Shown: in pieces, positions 57,947 through 64,000 of the stretch
Layout of the letters: each line of letters begins with the position of its first letter
Position numbering within the stretch: position 1 is the first letter of the stretch
Virus record (IMG/VR): IMGVR_UViG_3300013426_000015
Location: 56,913 to 120,912 of that record
Direction: 5' to 3' (one strand)
From: a virus
Length of the DNA: 64,000 nt
Program-made: the position numbers and the translations under genes
Notes under the pieces: generated by a model
What the model was told of the DNA's origin: nothing
The model's input: only the letters and a program-made list of their open reading frames with translations
Databases searched by the model: none

Positions 57947-59725
57947 ATGAAAATACATCCCGGGCTTCATGATATTGTTTCTTCACAGACAATAAATAAA
58001 GAAACAGATGTTCAGCTTGCCTACATTACAAATGAATCAGAGGAGCCCACTCTGACATTGAACGCAAATTATTATACTTCCTCAAGAACTGCGCTTATAC
58101 CATATGAGACATTTGATAAACAGAATTTGCTTCTCTATGACGAAAACGATAATGAGATAACAGATTCATATAATTATATAATAAGAATTGGCACTGATAA
58201 ATATCAGTATATACCACAGAATATCGCGGCATCCATTCAGCCTGATACATTTCAATACAGAGTCATTGGTAAGAAAAATGAGACCTATAATAACACTAAA
58301 AACTATTATATCTCAGTTAAGGCGTTCAATGACAAATACAATTCATCTGATCAGACATCTCTTATAAGCACATTGAAGACTGTCTTTCTTGATGCTTCTG
58401 TGAGAGGGTTGTGCCCAGAGTCAATTGTATTCAATGGAAACGATCAGAATGATTTCGTATATGACCAGACATCTGATGATTGTGATTTTTGCTTTATAAA
58501 ATCGAATGATGGTATAAATGCCGATGGTACAAAAATTATAGATGAAAAGAATTTCTTTGGCAAAAATCTTTGGATAATAGTTCCTGATAATAGCTTCCCT
58601 ATGTCTTCAAATGTAATGAGTCTTTATGATTATGATGGCACTGACCATAACTATAAGACATCTTCAGACATCTATAAGACTATAGATTATTCTGGCTTAA
58701 AATTATTCTTGGCACAGCGTTATAAGGAACAAGTGGACGCTGAAATATTCACTTATTCTGATACTATGTATGCTCCACTATTTATCAAAGAAGATCGTGA
58801 ATATAACAGGTATATAATATACAGTCCATCTTCATTATTTGAGAAACCAACAATTTCAAAGATCAACTTGATTATTGAATATATTCTGAAGATATATCTT
58901 TGCTCGTATGTTTACTCTTCAAAAGCTTATTCATCATGGATAGCTGATGAGATGCCCGATTATGTAGTCAACAATCATAAGCTTACAAAACAACTCAAGT
59001 TCGTATCTGATAAGCCATATTATGAGCTTCTTGATGCTTCTAAATCAGATATTTCATATGTTGATACAGAGATACTTGACAATACGAATATCGGATGCGC
59101 ACTTGACGCTTCGGACTATATCATCTTTTCTAAAAAGCAAAGCAGCTCATCAGGTATCACTAAACCAGATGGATATATCTCTATATATTGTCCGAATAAG
59201 ACCATAATCTATTATAAAAACAATGTATATGTAAAAACTACCGACCTTAATAAGTCGATTAAATATTCTCTTGATTTGGATACATTGACCGTTACCATCA
59301 AAGACTATTATGACTCATACCAGGGTATTAGTCTGGTTGAAAATACAGCCTCATTGATTATTAAACACGGAACAAATAGTAATGTATATATAGCTGTAAA
59401 AGATAATAAATTACAACTTATTGCAGAGGGCAAATATAGTACAGAAGATGGCATAGTGCTTGGCATATTGTACATTCAGTATGACAAGACGGTTGAGCGT
59501 CAACTATACGACATTCGGCTTCGCGGAGGCGGATTACCTAAAAACAAGAAGCATGATTTTCAATCAATTCTTGATATAGGGTCAATCAAAGGAATGGCTT
59601 ACAGACGAGCCGGATCACTCATTATACAGATACCTGAAGAGTTCAGACAATATGATAGTATCATCAAGGCTGCTATAGATAAACATAAAGCGGCAGATGA
59701 ATACGCCATTGTCCTGTATTATTAA
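57947..59725 (+). CDS. Putative baseplate structural protein (592 aa)
   Basis: Synteny; conserved-looking C-terminal YDIRLRGGGLP. Confidence 0.5.
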   Translation: MKIHPGLHDIVSSQTINKETDVQLAYITNESEEPTLTLNANYYTSSRTALIPYETFDKQNLLLYDENDNEITDSYNYIIRIGTDKYQYIPQNIAASIQPDTFQYRVIGKKNETYNNTKNYYISVKAFNDKYNSSDQTSLISTLKTVFLDASVRGLCPESIVFNGNDQNDFVYDQTSDDCDFCFIKSNDGINADGTKIIDEKNFFGKNLWIIVPDNSFPMSSNVMSLYDYDGTDHNYKTSSDIYKTIDYSGLKLFLAQRYKEQVDAEIFTYSDTMYAPLFIKEDREYNRYIIYSPSSLFEKPTISKINLIIEYILKIYLCSYVYSSKAYSSWIADEMPDYVVNNHKLTKQLKFVSDKPYYELLDASKSDISYVDTEILDNTNIGCALDASDYIIFSKKQSSSSGITKPDGYISIYCPNKTIIYYKNNVYVKTTDLNKSIKYSLDLDTLTVTIKDYYDSYQGISLVENTASLIIKHGTNSNVYIAVKDNKLQLIAEGKYSTEDGIVLGILYIQYDKTVERQLYDIRLRGGGLPKNKKHDFQSILDIGSIKGMAYRRAGSLIIQIPEEFRQYDSIIKAAIDKHKAADEYAIVLYY

Positions 59726-59747
59726 GCCCATATGAAAGGATAAACTA

Positions 59748-61856
59748 ATGTCTTTAAAGCGCGTAGATTTCTCAGACGGAATCAGAAGTGATAATATCCA
59801 GTTTAACTTTGAAGACTTGCAGAATCAAATCAACTATGATCGATCTTTCATAGTAGGTCCTGGTATAGCTAAAGGACTCAATATCGACGTAGATGAAAAA
59901 GAATATATTGTCACTATCAGCGATGGAACAATAGTTGATCCTGACGGTGAGATTATAAATGTTGAGGGCAAAAAATATGAAATTGATTTGCCCTCAAACA
60001 TTATGCAAACTATAATCAAAGATTATACTGTAAAAGATAATAAGATTATATTATCGGATATTCCATACGCTACAAACGGCAGATATATAGCAGCGATTGA
60101 TAGCAAGCTTAATGACTATCATAATGATATTGTGGTTTCTACATTGACCGGAACTGAAATAAGTGATTATAGTATAGACAGTGATTTGCCAAATATCCTT
60201 ACATTTAACAATGTGAGTGATGGAACAATTTATACTATACAATACTGTATCGCTTACAATATCATTTTTACTGTTTATGTGAATACTGCCAACGAGATTC
60301 AGATATGCAGAAGTATATCATCGACATCTCCAAGCGAATATGGATTGTCTGATTTTAAATACAGATTAGGAAATGTATTCGTCAGAAGCAATGTAAATGG
60401 CTATACCACCATATCCAAGATTCAGGATATGAGTGATCGAGTCAATATATATACTGATGAAAATGGTGAGCTGTACATCAATGGCAAGCCATTCAGTTCC
60501 ATAACAAATATATATCTGTATTGTCCACTTAATCCAAAAGAAAATGATATTTGGTACAATGGTCAATATGGAAATAACCAATTACTCGTATATCGTATTA
60601 TAGATGGAATCGGCGGCTGGTACCCAATAAGTACTTATACTTATGCTTTGCATAATAAGAAGAAACTATGGAATCCAACAAACGATTTAACTTATAATAA
60701 GGATACGATGCATCCTTCGTACTTCTTGTTTACTAATCTTGAAAAAGACTTGTATTTCGAACCAAAGACTGAGTCTCTTAAGGTCATTGTAGATAATACT
60801 ATATTACATAGTGACCAGTATGAAGAAGTGACTGCTAGAGACATATACGATATTTTCCAGACAAACTCTGATCCAGAACTTGTACAGTATATAAGCAATT
60901 GTGGTTACACAAAGAATAATCTTCTTAGTTTGCTATATGAGATTGACTCATCGGGCAATGTCGTAGGTGAAAAAGATGACACCTGTATAGGTTTCAAAAT
61001 GGTCGAGGCATTCACATATAAGTTTACTTATAATGGTTATGTAAGAGGACCATATGTCGAGGCTGTCGTTACACAATCCTATCTGACTCCCTCTCTTAAG
61101 AGAAAGATAGACAGAGTATCAACCTATGTAGTAGAGCAGACAATAACTCCTGAAAGTACTTGTATTGCATATGACCAAGACAATAAGATGTATATTGTCA
61201 CCACTGACACGTCTTATCTGTATAATGAAAATCAACTTGAAGTCTTTATCAATGGCATCAAGCTTATAAAGAATGTTGATTATTCAGAAGTTATGATGAA
61301 TGCCACCTCAAAAGAAACCAACAGGTTTACTATCAATAGAAGTCTCAGTACATCAGATTATATCACATACAGAATCAATACGAATGTATATTCTTATGAA
61401 GAACTCAAAAATGACAATAGCCGTTATTGGCTATTCGATCTTATTATAACAAGGAATAACGCTTCTCAGGATATTGCGTTACCTGAATCGCTGGCACTTA
61501 ATGATGGCTCATTTGTAATAGCCGTTCGTAAATCTGACAGATGTATTCTTATAAGGAAGACTGAAAATGTTAAAGACAATGCCGATTATGAGATAATTCA
61601 TAATGAGGATGCTAATCAGTCTGTATTCCATATCATAGACGAATCTGCTGTTAAGATTGGCGACAGTGTATATCTTGTAGGACTCAAGCAGAAGTTTGAT
61701 GGCGTTGATTACAGCTCCAGCCTGCTTAAGATAATTGATTCAGGCGCGATAGAAGGTCAATTCCTCAGAGTCATTGAAACAGATAATGGAAATGTCACTA
61801 AAATAAAAGCTGATAATGTAATCAAAATAATCGGAGAAGAGGCGGTGGTAGGATGA
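59748..61856 (+). CDS. Putative tail-fibre attachment/structural protein (702 aa)
   Basis: GPGIAKGL, IS.G..VDPDG and repeated L.V..N/D...L...D.Y.EV modules typical of tail appendage proteins. Confidence 0.5.
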   Translation: MSLKRVDFSDGIRSDNIQFNFEDLQNQINYDRSFIVGPGIAKGLNIDVDEKEYIVTISDGTIVDPDGEIINVEGKKYEIDLPSNIMQTIIKDYTVKDNKIILSDIPYATNGRYIAAIDSKLNDYHNDIVVSTLTGTEISDYSIDSDLPNILTFNNVSDGTIYTIQYCIAYNIIFTVYVNTANEIQICRSISSTSPSEYGLSDFKYRLGNVFVRSNVNGYTTISKIQDMSDRVNIYTDENGELYINGKPFSSITNIYLYCPLNPKENDIWYNGQYGNNQLLVYRIIDGIGGWYPISTYTYALHNKKKLWNPTNDLTYNKDTMHPSYFLFTNLEKDLYFEPKTESLKVIVDNTILHSDQYEEVTARDIYDIFQTNSDPELVQYISNCGYTKNNLLSLLYEIDSSGNVVGEKDDTCIGFKMVEAFTYKFTYNGYVRGPYVEAVVTQSYLTPSLKRKIDRVSTYVVEQTITPESTCIAYDQDNKMYIVTTDTSYLYNENQLEVFINGIKLIKNVDYSEVMMNATSKETNRFTINRSLSTSDYITYRINTNVYSYEELKNDNSRYWLFDLIITRNNASQDIALPESLALNDGSFVIAVRKSDRCILIRKTENVKDNADYEIIHNEDANQSVFHIIDESAVKIGDSVYLVGLKQKFDGVDYSSSLLKIIDSGAIEGQFLRVIETDNGNVTKIKADNVIKIIGEEAVVG

Positions 61857-62299
61857 AAGACGCGAGCATTACATGGATCATAAAACAAGATAATAATGAA
61901 GAGACAATAACCTATGATTATTATCTCGGCAATGTCAATGGTCTTAATACTACTACCGTTCATATTCAAGCATGGAACAATTATCAAGGATTTGATGATG
62001 CAAAAGACGTTACCAACGCCAGACTTGTCATAAAAACGCTTACAATAGATGATTCATATATCTTTGATTATCTGACTGTTAAGATAAATAATCAGGTTAA
62101 ATCACTTACTAAGTATGATGATATAAAGTATGGTATATCTATTGGATCGCTTTCCGGCGCAAAAAACACCGGAACAGAGAGTGAGCAATATAAGCTTACG
62201 AATAGAAATATGTGCGACATAGAACTCACATTTAACTCTATTGACTATAGAGTCAAAGAAGGTATCAAGAATCTTATTCTCGATATAGAATCAAATTAA
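61853..62299 (+). CDS. Hypothetical structural protein (148 aa)
   Basis: ATGA overlap with the upstream gene. Confidence 0.55.
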   Translation: MKDASITWIIKQDNNEETITYDYYLGNVNGLNTTTVHIQAWNNYQGFDDAKDVTNARLVIKTLTIDDSYIFDYLTVKINNQVKSLTKYDDIKYGISIGSLSGAKNTGTESEQYKLTNRNMCDIELTFNSIDYRVKEGIKNLILDIESN

Positions 62300-62312
62300 A
62301 AGGAGTATCTAA

Positions 62313-62879
62313 ATGGCTCAGACACAGAAGCTTCCCGGAATTATAGTATTCCGTGGAAATACAAAAGAAGTTGAAGCCCGCAAAATCATTGATAGACAGT
62401 TTGTATTTGATATTGAGAAGAATGAATTCTTCATAGATACAAATAAGTCAAGAGTCAAGTGCGGACAAGATGCTTCTAAAATGGAAGATTATATCAAAGA
62501 GATTCAGGATAAAATTGAATCCGGAGATATTGTCTCGAAAGATGAAATTGATGAAATCATAGAACAGGTCACTGAAAACAAGCAAGACAAAATCAAGAAC
62601 TATGATGATGTCCTGTATAAAGCAAACTGGGATTTGTTCAGTACTGATGGTGATAATTCAATCCATGAGTATTATTATAAAAATGATAATATCAAAGAAA
62701 ACTCAGAAATTCACATAACTCCTGCTGTTGAAACATTGGAAGAATATGATAATGTGGTAAGCGCAGAATTGTTCCCAGCTATAGATACATTTACTGACAG
62801 CAGCGGACAACGATATTGTCTTATCCGCGCCAAGAATATCCCAGAACATGATATAAAAATTCATGTTTCTGTTATATAA
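62313..62879 (+). CDS. Putative tail-fibre-associated protein (188 aa)
   Basis: SD AGGAG; C-terminal IRAKNIPEHDI.I.V module resembles fibre-proximal domains. Confidence 0.5.
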   Translation: MAQTQKLPGIIVFRGNTKEVEARKIIDRQFVFDIEKNEFFIDTNKSRVKCGQDASKMEDYIKEIQDKIESGDIVSKDEIDEIIEQVTENKQDKIKNYDDVLYKANWDLFSTDGDNSIHEYYYKNDNIKENSEIHITPAVETLEEYDNVVSAELFPAIDTFTDSSGQRYCLIRAKNIPEHDIKIHVSVI

Positions 62880-62896
62880 AATAAGGAGGACTTAAA

Positions 62897-64000
62897 TTGC
62901 CTACCACAATTCAAGAAGTAGCTATTCTTAATGGTAAGCCTATTAAAGATACAACTGCCAGAAGTAGCATCAATACAATAAGTGATACTATTGGCAGTAA
63001 GGACGATCTTGATACAACTAATAAAACACTTGTCGGCGCAATAAATGAAGTTAAGAATGGTTCAAATAAATTCTCGTATCATGAAGGTGTCAAGACGGCT
63101 TCTGACGCTGATGACAATGCCGTTATTACAAGAGTTTTGAATGGTGCAAGTGTAGATAAAGGCTCGATCTTTATTGTCAAGACATTGATCGGCACAGATA
63201 CATACGCTTATACTGGTTACGTTTATAATGGTACTGCCTGGGCAGCTATGGATGGAAACTATAGTGCTGATAACGTATATTTCACAAAGGATCTTGTTTA
63301 CACAGCTCCTATTGGTGTTCTGACTGTCCCGACATCTGGATCAGGTAAAATTGCGTCAACAGGGAAGAATGCAACCACTGTTTTATCTTCGATTTTGGCT
63401 GAAGAGAAAAATCCTGTCACTACCAAGCCAAGCGCATCTATTAAGCTTAATAACGCTGGAGCAAAGGAAGTCGGCACAAAAATTACTCCTGCTTATGTTG
63501 CTTCGTTTAATTCTGGCGCATATACATATGATACTTCTACTGGAGTAACCGCTTCTGGTTGGACTATCACAGATACTGATAAGCATACTTCAACAGAATC
63601 TACTGGATCATTTGCTGAAATTACTGTAACTGATTCTACTAATTATAAAGTCTCGGCAACTGCCTCATATACAGATGGTATAGTTCCTAAGACCAATATT
63701 GGTAATGCATATAGTGCTGGTCAGATTAAGGCAGGAACTACTGCACAGGTTACATCCAGTGCAATCACAGGATTCAGGAAGTATTTTTATGGATCCAGTG
63801 TCGCGGCTATTGAACAAACCTCTGCTGGCATTCGTGGACTCACTAATAGTACTTCTGCTGTAGGTAACTCAAAGACATTCAGTATGGATATAGTGGAAGG
63901 CGCAAAATATGTCATAGTCGCTTTCCCAACTAATATAAACAAAACTCTTAAAAAGGTCGAAGACACAGGTGCTTTCGGTACTGATATAGTAGGTAAGTTT
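62897..64000 (+). CDS. Tail fibre/receptor-binding protein, 3'-truncated
   Basis: TTG start after SD AGGAGG; LNG..IKD.TAR and L.T.NKTLVGAINEV fibre motifs; Thr/Ser/Gly-rich; no stop seen before the window end, so absent from the ORF track. Confidence 0.7.
   Translation, partial: MPTTIQEVAILNGKPIKDTTARSSINTISDTIGSKDDLDTTNKTLVGAINEVKNGSNKFSYHEGVKTASDADDNAVITRVLNGASVDKGSIFIVKTLIGTDTYAYTGYVYNGTAWAAMDGNYSADNVYFTKDLVYTAPIGVLTVPTSGSGKIASTGKNATTVLSSILAEEKNPVTTKPSASIKLNNAGAKEVGTKITPAYVASFNSGAYTYDTSTGVTASGWTITDTDKHTSTESTGSFAEITVTDSTNYKVSATASYTDGIVPKTNIGNAYSAGQIKAGTTAQVTSSAITGFRKYFYGSSVAAIEQTSAGIRGLTNSTSAVGNSKTFSMDIVEGAKYVIVAFPTNINKTLKKVEDTGAFGTDIVGKF

Noticed and set aside
1..64000. Stop-codon reassignment (alternative genetic code)
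   Set aside because: The standard code gives dense, very long ORFs (up to 3080 aa); the only breaks are explained by introns.
1..64000. Minus-strand and nested short ORFs in the ORF track
   Set aside because: They are antisense or off-frame shadows of long + strand genes, without SD sites or recognisable motifs.
1..64000. CRISPR array, tRNA, DGR/retron reverse transcriptase, IS element
   Set aside because: No regularly spaced repeats, cloverleafs, reverse transcriptase or transposase ORFs were seen by eye; the intergenic space is very small.

Overview
A 64-kb, AT-rich segment of a large (probably jumbo) contractile-tailed dsDNA phage. The strong AGGAG/AGAGG Shine-Dalgarno (SD) sites suggest a Firmicutes host, which is inference. 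All credible genes are on the + strand and form one virion morphogenesis module. In order: terminase large subunit, GroES, portal, prohead protease/scaffold, a head protein and major capsid, neck proteins, a mini-sheath paralog, tail sheath, tail tube with two tube-like paralogs, two tail assembly chaperones, three giant proteins (2049, 2747 and 3080 aa), baseplate genes and the start of a tail fibre. Highlights from motif reading: (1) a group I intron splits the terminase Walker A motif and carries two paralogous genes with no endonuclease motifs in its P8 loop; (2) a second group I intron, with a LAGLIDADG gene, splits the tail tube gene and appears to lack the canonical U-G 5' splice site; (3) the 2747-aa protein looks like a single-chain two-barrel RNA polymerase (DxDxD) fused to an N-terminal DEDDh exonuclease; (4) the 3080-aa baseplate-hub-like protein starts with a staphylococcal-nuclease domain; (5) an unannotated 21-aa Lys-rich peptide ORF and a recurring promoter-like motif. 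All calls are by eye; no database searches or folding programs were run.
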